A stretch of DNA of 64,000 nucleotides from a virus: IMG/VR virus record IMGVR_UViG_3300002092_001548, positions 64,001 to 128,000 of that record. One strand, given 5' to 3'. Positions within the stretch are counted from its first letter, which is position 1. Each line of letters starts with the position of its first letter. Positions 1-9,422 of this stretch are shown here, piece by piece. The translations under genes were made by a program, and so were the position numbers. A model generated the notes under the pieces. The model made no database searches. It was not told where the DNA came from and worked only from the letters and a program-made list of their open reading frames with translations.

Positions 1-11
1 CCGTACCGGGC

Positions 12-620
12 ATGACAATAACTCTTCCCGTGGGGGCTTTTGGGACTTCTGACAGTCCAAACATAACTGCGGCCGCAATGGGAAGTTGGAGTAATCAATC
101 TTCATCAAGTCCTACTTATACAGTGTTTGTAAATGCTAGCCAATCATTTAAAAAGGTTCTTCCAAAGATTGAAGTTAGCGCGGGATGGGCAGCAGAAACA
201 ACAAATGTTGCGCAAATAGATTATCATTATAAGGAGGCAAGAGAAGACAACTTGGATTTAGTCAATGGTGGTAAATTATGTACGCCAGCAAATGATAATA
301 TTTATAAATACTTTGAGCCATTAGCTAACAATGCAGTAACTTCGCAATCCAGTCCTCAAAGAAAAATGTCGTTTAAGCTGCCGGGCATATTTCCAGCACA
401 ATATTCAGTAGGAGAAGGTTTGGTTGGAATACAAATATCTTTAACAAGTAATGGATTTTTTACTAGCTATTCTTTTGAAGATAGGATAATTCAGCCACCT
501 AGTGATGAATATATTATGGAAAGCGTTATTGCGAAAACTATTGCTAGGGGGCATAAGGGCGATAGTCATGTCGTGGGAAACAATTCTCAAATGGTTGGGA
601 GGTCTCTAGGGTTCGCATAA
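12..620 (+). CDS. Hypothetical virion/tail protein, possibly 5'-truncated by the window edge
   Basis: 202-aa ORF coupled to the next gene (TAATG) in a structural-type block; no recognisable motif. Confidence 0.45.
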   Translation: MTITLPVGAFGTSDSPNITAAAMGSWSNQSSSSPTYTVFVNASQSFKKVLPKIEVSAGWAAETTNVAQIDYHYKEAREDNLDLVNGGKLCTPANDNIYKYFEPLANNAVTSQSSPQRKMSFKLPGIFPAQYSVGEGLVGIQISLTSNGFFTSYSFEDRIIQPPSDEYIMESVIAKTIARGHKGDSHVVGNNSQMVGRSLGFA

Positions 621-3619
621 TGATAACAATCAATACGAAAAGATATAGGTCATTTTATCCACAAACTGGTGTTTCGTGGGGTGCGAATTTATTGCCCCAA
701 AGTATTAATAATAGCTTTTCTTTTTCTTTTTCTGGTTCTAGTGGAACATGTAATATTTTTAACTTTGTTGGTAATAAAATATTTTCTCCAGATAATCTGT
801 TAATTGGTTCTTACTCACAAAACCAGTCGTTATATTTTTCTGGAAACGTTGGAACGCAAACTGCTGACCTATATTTGAATTCTTCCCCTTTGTATCTTGG
901 ATTACCGGTAAAAAATAATCAAGTTTTATCTGGAGTTTATTTGAATTCTAGCAATGGCGCGCCAATTAATTTAGTTAATTTAACAGTTAATGGTCAAACA
1001 ACTGCACCTTACTCGACAACCAACTCGTATAATTTATCTTATGGTCAATCATTTGTTCCTGTTAATTTTGTTAATAGCGGAAGTTATCCTGTTATTATCT
1101 TTTCGGGGTCTAGTTCCAATAGAAATTATGTAATAACCGGGACGTTTCCATTGTTATCTGTCGCTCCCGGCAAAACTGGAATTTTTAATTTAACCAATAC
1201 TGGACTGTTTGATTTAAGTTTATTAAGTAGTAATATTCCTATTACGCTTTCTACTAATTTAGGTGTATTGACTGGTCAAGTAAATGCCATTGGGGGAAGC
1301 ATTCCCTTGGGTTCTTCTTTTATTAATTTAATTCCAGAAGTTACTCTCTTACCAAGCGGTGGGGCCAATATTGTAACTCTTGTTATGCTGAATAATAGTG
1401 GTTCAGCATTAAATGTTAGTTTAAAATATGTTAGTGGATACACTGGAGTGGTTTATAATCCAGTTCAAGTTACTCAATATTATACTGAAAATATAAACGG
1501 AACTATTACTGGTGCTGCATATTTTGTTAAATATGTCTCTAGCCCAACAACTGGTGCTGGCCTTCCTCCATATTATGTTACTCAATATAATTCACTTTTA
1601 GGCGCAAATGAAACAACTGTAGCTAGTGGTATTTTAACAAGTGATATAATTTATGCTCCAGATATGGCTGTGGCTGGAACTGCAATTTTAAACTCATCTG
1701 GAATAGGAGATTTATATACTGGTTTTAATGGTCAAATATTTAATGGTAAAATAACTGGAAGTGGTATTACTGATGTTATACCATCATATGGTTATACTAA
1801 TTATATAACTGGAGGAATTTTGACCGGATACCTTTCGCCTGGCATGCCTCTTTATACTAATTTCTTTGGGCAGGCGTTATCTGGAATATATCAGTCTGGA
1901 GTAACTTTGTATAGCGTATATCAACCAAGTAATTATATATATTCACCTTTATCTGTATCACAGTATACTTCACAAGTATTATCTGCAACAAATAGTGCGT
2001 ATATAGTGGGAAGCTTCCTAGGTCTCTGGTCAACTACTGGTGTTGCTTCAGTAACGGGAGTTTTGGGCGCTGGAAATACAACTGGTACTATTAGTATTCC
2101 GATTACCATAACTGGAGCTTATCCTTATACAATCACTTCACAGTCTCAATCTGGAAGTTATAGTGTTACAAATGCTAAAGTTTCTGGATTCTTTCCAGCA
2201 AGTACATTTGTATCATATAATTCTCTAAATAATAATTTATTACAATATAATAATTCTTTCACAGTGGGTAATCCATGGTTTTATTCAAATGTTAATACGG
2301 GCTTAAGCACGGGTGTTGCCGGGCCATTTGTTCGTACTAGTGGTATACAATTTCAATCATCTGGAGATGGTGGAGGATATTTACAATCCATATCACTAAC
2401 AAGTGGTACTCAATATACTTTTTCAGTATATGCTAAATATATTTCTGGAGATAGTCGTGTTTATATTGGTAGAGATGGTTATGCTAGTATATATGATTTA
2501 GTTGCAGCTACTGGCAGTGATTCATCGGGCGTATCTTCAACTATTACACCAATAACAAATGGGTGGTATAATATTGCAAGTACTTGGTTAGAAAATATTG
2601 GGGGGAATCAAAATGTAGATATTTATGCATACCGTTCTGGTTCTGCTTTTCAAATTTTTAATGCGCAGTTGCTCTCCTATTCTAATTTATATTCTGCATA
2701 TGATCAATACGTAACTGGTATTATAACTAAAACATTTAACCCTATAGGGTCTTATACATTTTATAATACATTTACTGGTTATTTTTATAGTCCTAGCTAT
2801 CCGAATGTAAATAGTATTTATTTTAACGAGTCTATAACTTCTGTTGGGACGGGTATTGGGTTTATCACACATACTTCTACTAAAAATGTATATGTTGTTA
2901 TAGATCCAACAGCTATAGCTGCATGTTCAGGTCAGATTAATTCTAATCCATATATACAACAATTTATTTATTATCCTATAACTGGATTAATTTCAGCAAG
3001 TTTAACTGGAACAATATCGGGTGCCATAATTAATCTAAACGTTCCTATTACTATTACTGGAATGACTACTAATGGATACTATTCTGAAATAAATTCAAAA
3101 TATGTTACAACTACTGGAACAAGCATTGGACAAATATCAGCTTCATGTACAGACTCTAATGGAAATATTTTTTATCTTAATGATGGCAGATCTTTTAGTG
3201 TGACTGGTAATGTAACAGGAAGTTATTCTGGACTATTGGCAAGCACGATAGATGGAAGTTGGCCAGTTGCTGGTATTTTAACTGGAACGCTTTATCAATA
3301 TCAAGGCATTAGAACATATACTGGGAATTGGACTTTATCGAGTGGGTCAACTATAGTTAATCTAAATTATTTAGCAAATAGCGGCACAACTTCATATAAT
3401 AGTATATTAGGAACTGGTGTGGGATATAAATACCCATATGTTTCGCAATTACTTGTAGGATATAATGATATGTTTTCTGTTTCACTAAATAATGCAGGAC
3501 TTTCTGGATACTATCCGGGATATGATATTGTTAAATTAACGGTAACTGGGGCTAACTTTATTGGAATTGGTCGCGGTAGTGGATTAAATTTATTACTTTC
3601 GGGAGTGGGCGCAGTATGA
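620..3619 (+). CDS. Large Ser/Thr/Gly-rich virion (tail) protein with beta-sandwich/carbohydrate-binding-like segments
   Basis: 999 aa, very rich in TG/SG dipeptides with few charged residues; segment NNLLQYNNSF...YTFSVYAKY...GWY resembles CBM-like domains of phage tail proteins. Confidence 0.6.
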   Translation: MITINTKRYRSFYPQTGVSWGANLLPQSINNSFSFSFSGSSGTCNIFNFVGNKIFSPDNLLIGSYSQNQSLYFSGNVGTQTADLYLNSSPLYLGLPVKNNQVLSGVYLNSSNGAPINLVNLTVNGQTTAPYSTTNSYNLSYGQSFVPVNFVNSGSYPVIIFSGSSSNRNYVITGTFPLLSVAPGKTGIFNLTNTGLFDLSLLSSNIPITLSTNLGVLTGQVNAIGGSIPLGSSFINLIPEVTLLPSGGANIVTLVMLNNSGSALNVSLKYVSGYTGVVYNPVQVTQYYTENINGTITGAAYFVKYVSSPTTGAGLPPYYVTQYNSLLGANETTVASGILTSDIIYAPDMAVAGTAILNSSGIGDLYTGFNGQIFNGKITGSGITDVIPSYGYTNYITGGILTGYLSPGMPLYTNFFGQALSGIYQSGVTLYSVYQPSNYIYSPLSVSQYTSQVLSATNSAYIVGSFLGLWSTTGVASVTGVLGAGNTTGTISIPITITGAYPYTITSQSQSGSYSVTNAKVSGFFPASTFVSYNSLNNNLLQYNNSFTVGNPWFYSNVNTGLSTGVAGPFVRTSGIQFQSSGDGGGYLQSISLTSGTQYTFSVYAKYISGDSRVYIGRDGYASIYDLVAATGSDSSGVSSTITPITNGWYNIASTWLENIGGNQNVDIYAYRSGSAFQIFNAQLLSYSNLYSAYDQYVTGIITKTFNPIGSYTFYNTFTGYFYSPSYPNVNSIYFNESITSVGTGIGFITHTSTKNVYVVIDPTAIAACSGQINSNPYIQQFIYYPITGLISASLTGTISGAIINLNVPITITGMTTNGYYSEINSKYVTTTGTSIGQISASCTDSNGNIFYLNDGRSFSVTGNVTGSYSGLLASTIDGSWPVAGILTGTLYQYQGIRTYTGNWTLSSGSTIVNLNYLANSGTTSYNSILGTGVGYKYPYVSQLLVGYNDMFSVSLNNAGLSGYYPGYDIVKLTVTGANFIGIGRGSGLNLLLSGVGAV

Positions 3620-5286
3620 GTGTTAATCCTTCTTTAGTTTGTACTGGTAAGACTTACTGGAATAATTGCTGGAATTATTGTGTATCATGCACTGGCCAGT
3701 GGAATGTTACTGGATGTGCGTGTCAGGGTAGTCCTGCCTCAATGTCTTATTCATCATACAATGGGGTAACAACCTTAACAGAAATTCCTGTTCTTAATTA
3801 TACAACGGTAGATACTACTGTTCCATCAATAATCACGGCGCTTCCTAATTACGAATATTTTCCTCCCGATATTCTTTTAATGGCAACTACAAAATGCGTA
3901 GTAATAAATGGAATCACTGGCGCGCAAACATTTCCATCATATATGATAAATGGCGGTGCTCCAAATATTAAATATAATGTTCAGTTAAATGGTATTGATG
4001 CAAGTAATAATTCTACATTTACATATCAAGGCTCCGTATCACCAAGCCAGACTGTTCAGGTTTTATCCGGATTGAGTTTTATTACAAATACAGCGGCCGC
4101 TGGAGGAAATTATCAATATGAGAATGAACAATTAAATGTTAGTGCTACATATGTTGATCCTACTTATGGGTATACATATCCAATGGGATATAACATTCCC
4201 TTACAAAATGTTACTTGGCTACCAGATTGTGCACATACTGGAGCAACATCGCAGACAACGGGTACTGGTGGTTTTATTTTTACTGCAAATAGTGGTATAT
4301 GTATTGGACCAGGTGGTTGTACTTATAGTGGGCAATTTAGTTTTGGCGGAAGTGGTAATGCTGCTAAATCTTATAGCGTGTCTATTACTGCTAATTACTC
4401 AAATGGTACATATGCTACTTTAACGTATCCTCGTGCAAATCCATCTATTTATAATTTTGAAGTATATACCGCTAATAATATTTACGACCAATATAATAAT
4501 TTATATGTTACAGGCAATCCTCCTAAAGTGCAATTAACTTTATATTATATAAATAATAGTGATTCTAACGACTATGGATATTTAGTAACTGGAATTATGC
4601 TTCCTATGTGTCAGGGTAATCCATATACTGTTACCGGTACGAGTACTAGTAATATTGCTTGTACTTATGGTTGTGGGGCATATAAATATCCTTATTATTA
4701 TTTAAATAAAACTTCTTTTAGAAAAATTAATTTTACAACCGGATGGACAGGATATAATAGTAGTTACAATATAGATGCTTACGCGAACATTTCTGGCAAA
4801 TACCAGTCTTTGGAAACTGATGTTTATACTCCAAATGGAAACTATTGTCCCGGTGCCTCAATTACATATTCTGGAACTTCTAATTTTAGCGGAGATTATT
4901 TGGCGGTAGATACTAGTGCCGGATATCCACAGCCAGGAACCATTGAATATTCATTTAATTGCTATAGCGCACAAAAATCAAATGGAACTTGGACTGGACA
5001 TCTTACAATATTGAGTTATGTTGACGGGGGTGGGTACTTAACATATCCAACAGTGGTAGCCTCGCAGGATAGTAGTATTCTTCATCCTTGTCATTTATAT
5101 ACTGATTCTAATTGGAATGGGGTTAATTATTTAGAATCCTTCCAGGATAGCAATTTTGTTACACAAACTGTTGCGCCTTATCCTATAACTACAGCCCCTT
5201 CTATTGATACCTATACAAATCCCTGTCCATGCTTATGCCCCTCGCAATATACTGCAAGTGCTGGGCAATGTGTGTATGTTGGTTAA
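3616..5286 (+). CDS. Cys-rich, T/S/G/Y-rich putative virion protein
   Basis: 556 aa; Cys clusters at the N-terminus (CWNYCVSC, CAC) and C-terminus (CPCLCP); ATGA overlap with the upstream gene. Confidence 0.55.
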   Translation: MSVNPSLVCTGKTYWNNCWNYCVSCTGQWNVTGCACQGSPASMSYSSYNGVTTLTEIPVLNYTTVDTTVPSIITALPNYEYFPPDILLMATTKCVVINGITGAQTFPSYMINGGAPNIKYNVQLNGIDASNNSTFTYQGSVSPSQTVQVLSGLSFITNTAAAGGNYQYENEQLNVSATYVDPTYGYTYPMGYNIPLQNVTWLPDCAHTGATSQTTGTGGFIFTANSGICIGPGGCTYSGQFSFGGSGNAAKSYSVSITANYSNGTYATLTYPRANPSIYNFEVYTANNIYDQYNNLYVTGNPPKVQLTLYYINNSDSNDYGYLVTGIMLPMCQGNPYTVTGTSTSNIACTYGCGAYKYPYYYLNKTSFRKINFTTGWTGYNSSYNIDAYANISGKYQSLETDVYTPNGNYCPGASITYSGTSNFSGDYLAVDTSAGYPQPGTIEYSFNCYSAQKSNGTWTGHLTILSYVDGGGYLTYPTVVASQDSSILHPCHLYTDSNWNGVNYLESFQDSNFVTQTVAPYPITTAPSIDTYTNPCPCLCPSQYTASAGQCVYVG

Positions 5287-5298
5287 CTTTTAAATTTT

Positions 5299-6141
5299 AT
5301 GGCATACTTCAACGCTATTAGTGTAAATAATCAAGTCTCCTCAAGGGCACCCTTTACTTTATATTATTCTTCTGATGCTCAAGGAAATCCTGCTGTTGGT
5401 GTAACATATGGTCAGGTTGATGGTTTTAGTCCGAGGGCAACCAAACTTCCAAGTGCGGCAATAGATGCTGTTAATCCGGATTATATTCTTCCTGAAATAA
5501 ATGCAGACGGATTGTGGTCGGTGATTCTAGAAATTGACTTTATAAAATTTGGTATTGGTGCGTCTTCTAGTTCTGGCTCTACTAATGCCCCCTCTGCTAG
5601 TCCAAATTCAAATCAATCTAACCCCGAAAATCAATCGGTTAAAATTTATGCCCTCTTGACTCCTTTGACTAGTAATCTAGTAGACTCAAAGGGGACCGGT
5701 GTTAAGTATATTATACTTGGGACTGTTAAGGCAGTCAAGAATGTTCCAGGTGCTACTAATACCAATCCTACCTATACCTATACTTTTAAACAGTATTTTA
5801 CTGGAAATATTTTTACTGAACAGGCAATATATTTAGCTAATAAGCCTGGCACTACAGATACTTCAACTTTCTTTGCGGATCCAGAAAATATATCTATACA
5901 AGCAAAAGATAAGAGTGGATTAAATTATAATAATGCAAAAGGTCAACTCAATATATTTAATAAGGATGGGGCTTATATAATTTTAGATCAAAAAGGGCAG
6001 TTGCTGATGGGAGATGGAAAGGGCAAAAATTTAACTTTAGATTTTCCAAAAACTGATGGGACTGTTGGGTGGCAGGCGCTACAGGTATGTAACGGGTCTA
6101 GTACTCAAACTATGTATGTTTTTGGTACTGCTCCTATGTAA
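5299..6141 (+). CDS. Putative tail-tip/spike-like structural protein
   Basis: 280 aa; C-terminal short beta-strand repeats (LNIFNKDGAYIILDQKGQLLMGDGKG) resemble spike beta-helix ends; inference only. Confidence 0.4.
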   Translation: MAYFNAISVNNQVSSRAPFTLYYSSDAQGNPAVGVTYGQVDGFSPRATKLPSAAIDAVNPDYILPEINADGLWSVILEIDFIKFGIGASSSSGSTNAPSASPNSNQSNPENQSVKIYALLTPLTSNLVDSKGTGVKYIILGTVKAVKNVPGATNTNPTYTYTFKQYFTGNIFTEQAIYLANKPGTTDTSTFFADPENISIQAKDKSGLNYNNAKGQLNIFNKDGAYIILDQKGQLLMGDGKGKNLTLDFPKTDGTVGWQALQVCNGSSTQTMYVFGTAPM

Positions 6142-6145
6142 TTAA

Positions 6146-6631
6146 ATGGCTTTTTTATTACCACAATATTCTACTATTAAAAGTAATTGCGTGTGTTGTT
6201 GTGTGCAATGTGGTAGCTTGGGGTATTTAGATAAATGTCCAGATAACGTAAAAAATACTACCCCCAAAACTGCCGCAATTAAAGTTAACGGTACGGATGT
6301 CAATCTATCCCAAGAGGAGATTGATAATACTGATTTTGCTTATGGTAAGCAGCCTGGGCCAAGGGGTACAGATGAGACTCGCCTGATTCCAAGTATTGGA
6401 GATAATTTTGTTGGGGGCGGATCATCTACGGGGCCATCTGACAGTGGTGGGGGTGGTACCAAGCCTAAGGGTGGAGGAAATGTTCAGTCTAATACTATAA
6501 CATGTAAATCAATTTCAGTTGCTTGCCCCACAAACCCAAGTTACCAATTAACGTGCTGCGCATGTACTCCCTCTAATAACTCTGAGGGTGGCGGTGGCGG
6601 TGTGGGTCCAGTTCCTTTTTCCTACTATTAA
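6146..6631 (+). CDS. Small Cys/Gly-rich protein
   Basis: 161 aa with CVCCCVQC, CCAC and Gly tracts; bracketed by a 68-bp direct repeat. Confidence 0.6.
   Translation: MAFLLPQYSTIKSNCVCCCVQCGSLGYLDKCPDNVKNTTPKTAAIKVNGTDVNLSQEEIDNTDFAYGKQPGPRGTDETRLIPSIGDNFVGGGSSTGPSDSGGGGTKPKGGGNVQSNTITCKSISVACPTNPSYQLTCCACTPSNNSEGGGGGVGPVPFSYY
6171..6238 (+). repeat. 68-bp perfect direct repeat, copy 1
   Basis: ctactattaaaagtaattgcgtgtgttgttgtgtgcaatgtggtagcttggggtatttagataaatgt is identical to 6622-6689. Confidence 0.95.
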
Positions 6632-6689
6632 AAGTAATTGCGTGTGTTGTTGTGTGCAATGTGGTAGCTTGGGGTATTTAGATAAATGT
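6622..6689 (+). repeat. 68-bp perfect direct repeat, copy 2
   Basis: Identical to 6171-6238 but in a different frame of the ORF, where it supplies the TAA stop. Confidence 0.95.
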
Positions 6690-6729
6690 ATGATTTTAGA
6701 TTAATTAAAATTCTAATTATATAATAGTT

Positions 6730-7206
6730 ATGTGCAACCTTACTGATGACCAATTAATGCAAATTGTTCATGCTCTTACAGCAAAAAGAAAACCACAAAA
6801 TTATCAGAGGTGGATTCAAGGTGGGTTTAGAAAAGTAAGTGCAGACCGTCTTTTTATTTACTGGAAAAACAAGATTTCCCAATCATTACAAATGCACGAA
6901 TTAGCCTGTAAGATATTTGAGGAATATAAGAAAAATTTAGAACAAAATAAGTTGAATCAGCCTTCTCCAGCAGAAATGGCAAGAAACCTCGCCGCAAGTA
7001 TGGCTAACTGGGTTAAATCTGGTTTTAAAGTAGTATCAAAAGAAGTTTTTGAGCAGCGGATGAGTGTCTGTAATACGTGTGAATTTTGGGAACAAAATGC
7101 AATTGGTGGCCGATGCTTGAAATGCGGGTGTTCAACTCAGGCAAAATTACGTCTCGCGCACGAAAAGTGTCCAGAAGGTAAATGGCTTCCGGATTCTAGC
7201 GACTAA
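6730..7206 (+). CDS. Cys-rich protein with C-terminal DUF6171-like domain
   Basis: R-x-x-x-CxxC...RCxxCGC...KLRLAHEKCPEGKW pattern common in phage proteins. Confidence 0.65.
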   Translation: MCNLTDDQLMQIVHALTAKRKPQNYQRWIQGGFRKVSADRLFIYWKNKISQSLQMHELACKIFEEYKKNLEQNKLNQPSPAEMARNLAASMANWVKSGFKVVSKEVFEQRMSVCNTCEFWEQNAIGGRCLKCGCSTQAKLRLAHEKCPEGKWLPDSSD

Positions 7207-7430
7207 ACACTTTTAAATTTGTCGCAATTTAAGCAGTGCTTCTCCATTAATAGGGGATAAATATCTTTTAATTCGCACTTAAAAGCATAGGTTTGTTGTG
7301 TTGAGCAACAGCTTTTCGAAACTATCTCACTAGTTGATCTATGCGCGCAGTTATTAAACCTATTGAGAGCTTCCTCATTAACAGGATTATAGTTATTTAT
7401 AACTGGCGGCGTTAAACTATTTTTTTGCAT
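7203..7430 (-). CDS. Small Cys-rich putative metal-binding protein (likely start MQKNS)
   Basis: CAHRS...CC...FKC...CLNC; same Cys spacing as 19759-19953. Confidence 0.55.
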   Translation of the reverse strand: MQKNSLTPPVINNYNPVNEEALNRFNNCAHRSTSEIVSKSCCSTQQTYAFKCELKDIYPLLMEKHCLNCDKFKSV

Positions 7431-8202
7431 TTTTACTTTTAATTCCGCTAATAATTGAAAAGATTGACAGGGGCGCAATATCATCACAATCATTCCAAAT
7501 TTCTGCTCCGCCAATGCCTTTCTTTATTGCCCCTTCTTTAATTTGAAGGAAGGTTAAACCATAATCTTTCATTGTTTTCTGCAGTAGGGCTACTGGGTTA
7601 GAAGATCCAGCGACTTCTTCTTCTGCGGCCTGTGGCGATTTGGATCCACCACCCATTTCATCACTACCAACAATATTCACCTTTAGGAAGCTTCTTACTG
7701 CGCGAACAAAGGCGCGATTCTCGGCAATTGCCATTAAGAAGTTCTTTGCAAAGTTGTGCGTATTATCCCAATGGGCATCTGCTAGTGCTGAAAAAGTCAC
7801 TGGTTGAAAACCAGTTTCATAATTAGGGGTGAAATTAATAGTACATTTTACAGAAACGTAATCAGGTCTTGATTCGAGAACATCATAATTTACAGAAGAA
7901 AATCCTCTAATTTGCGCTAGTTCTTTAATTCCAGCCAAAAGAATTAGGAGTTGGTTATCGGCCAGAGTTGTTACATCGAGTTCTTTTAGATTAAGATCTG
8001 GTTTATTCTTAAAGGAGTCACGGTTTGGAACAAGGTAATCTGGACGAATCATCGCGCGCCAGTTAATTGTATTGTCCTCATTAAAGACGTACTCTACCGA
8101 GTTAATAAAACCATTTAAATCCCTAGAAAACCCAGATACCCTGTCGATATACCTTGGGGCATTTAGGATTTCTACAGTTTCTATTTTCTTTTCTTTTACC
8201 AT
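7417..8202 (-). CDS. Rad52/Sak/ERF-superfamily-like single-strand annealing protein
   Basis: LLAGIKELAQIRG and AIAENRAFVRAVRSFL helix followed by GSDEM, typical of phage SSAPs. Confidence 0.55.
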   Translation of the reverse strand: MVKEKKIETVEILNAPRYIDRVSGFSRDLNGFINSVEYVFNEDNTINWRAMIRPDYLVPNRDSFKNKPDLNLKELDVTTLADNQLLILLAGIKELAQIRGFSSVNYDVLESRPDYVSVKCTINFTPNYETGFQPVTFSALADAHWDNTHNFAKNFLMAIAENRAFVRAVRSFLKVNIVGSDEMGGGSKSPQAAEEEVAGSSNPVALLQKTMKDYGLTFLQIKEGAIKKGIGGAEIWNDCDDIAPLSIFSIISGIKSKNAKK

Positions 8203-8233
8203 TTATTAATGGTATTAGAATTTGTATACTCTG

Positions 8234-9421
8234 TCAAGACTGTTCTGAGTAAATATAGCAATACTCTATATCTTCTTTAAATTCTTCCAGTTGGACTATT
8301 TTAGATAAATCTTGTCCAGTTGTAGAATCCGTAACTGAAAGGTCTAAAAGTTGCGCCGCCCTGCTAGGGTAAATTTTTTGATTAGCTAAGATGATTCTAT
8401 TGCTTCTATACTTTAAATTACTATCGGTTAAATTTTGTGGAATATCTTTTGGAACTGTATTTATTTCTTGCACATCACAATATTCCATTAACTGCTCGCG
8501 AACCTGTTGGACTGTTGATTCTTTCTTTTTTGAAGAATTGAATATGCAAACATATTTAATCCCTAATTGTTCCATCTTTTTAATAAATTGAATATCACAT
8601 CCTGAAGTCACATCATAAATAACACATGATAAGTTTGCTTTATATTGTGCAAGAAGTTCTATTGAAAATGATTTTTCGGTAACTATTGAGCAAGGCCTTA
8701 GTGATAAATTTTGCGCTGCATGATTTAAATCAATTTCTTTCTCTGCAAAGTCAAAACGAATATTTAATACTGACCCTTTAAAAAATTCAGGATGTATAAC
8801 CTGATCTGGCATTGTTTCAATAACTTTATCTAGATAGCGTTTTCCCAAGTATATAGTTGAAAGCTTCTGAACTGACTCAGGAAAAAGAATGCTTTCACAG
8901 GCGTTAACTACATCTTCAATTTTAATTTCATTTACTTTTTTGGGTGATTCGTTTGGATTGAAGCTGGGCTTCCAATTTGGAGGAATTAAAGTAATTTGTT
9001 TTTCATTTTTCCAATAAGGCCCGGCAATTTCTGGTGAAGTAATGTTATAAAGTGCTACTAATGGAATATTAAAAGCACTAGCCATATGTACAGCAAAGCT
9101 ATCATTTCCAACGTGTAAGCATGAATTATCAATAATATATGCAGTTTGATTTATTGTTGTTTTTCCTTGTAAGTGAATTGCTCCCTCTATTGGCTTATCT
9201 TCTGCGCCGCCAATTTGAACTACGCTGAATCCATTCTCATTTAATTTATAAGAAAGAAAATTAATAACTTCTTGAAAATAATCATATGACTTGCCCGGCA
9301 TACCGCTACTATTTTGTAGGGTAATATATTTCTCACAAGGAACTGGGAAGAACTTTTTTAAAATTTGTGGCTTTGCAATTTTGCTACCCGTAGATAGCGC
9401 GTATTTTTCTATAAGATGCAT
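8234..9421 (-). CDS. GT9 (heptosyltransferase-like) C-terminal half plus extension
   Basis: VVQIGG, LQGKTTINQTAYII, HVGNDSFAVHMASAFNIPLVALY motifs. Confidence 0.75.
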   Translation of the reverse strand: MHLIEKYALSTGSKIAKPQILKKFFPVPCEKYITLQNSSGMPGKSYDYFQEVINFLSYKLNENGFSVVQIGGAEDKPIEGAIHLQGKTTINQTAYIIDNSCLHVGNDSFAVHMASAFNIPLVALYNITSPEIAGPYWKNEKQITLIPPNWKPSFNPNESPKKVNEIKIEDVVNACESILFPESVQKLSTIYLGKRYLDKVIETMPDQVIHPEFFKGSVLNIRFDFAEKEIDLNHAAQNLSLRPCSIVTEKSFSIELLAQYKANLSCVIYDVTSGCDIQFIKKMEQLGIKYVCIFNSSKKKESTVQQVREQLMEYCDVQEINTVPKDIPQNLTDSNLKYRSNRIILANQKIYPSRAAQLLDLSVTDSTTGQDLSKIVQLEEFKEDIEYCYIYSEQS

Positions 9422-9422
9422 T

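Noticed and set aside
6171-6689. Diversity-generating retroelement TR/VR pair
   Set aside because: The two copies are identical, with no adenine-specific mismatches, and no reverse transcriptase is in the window
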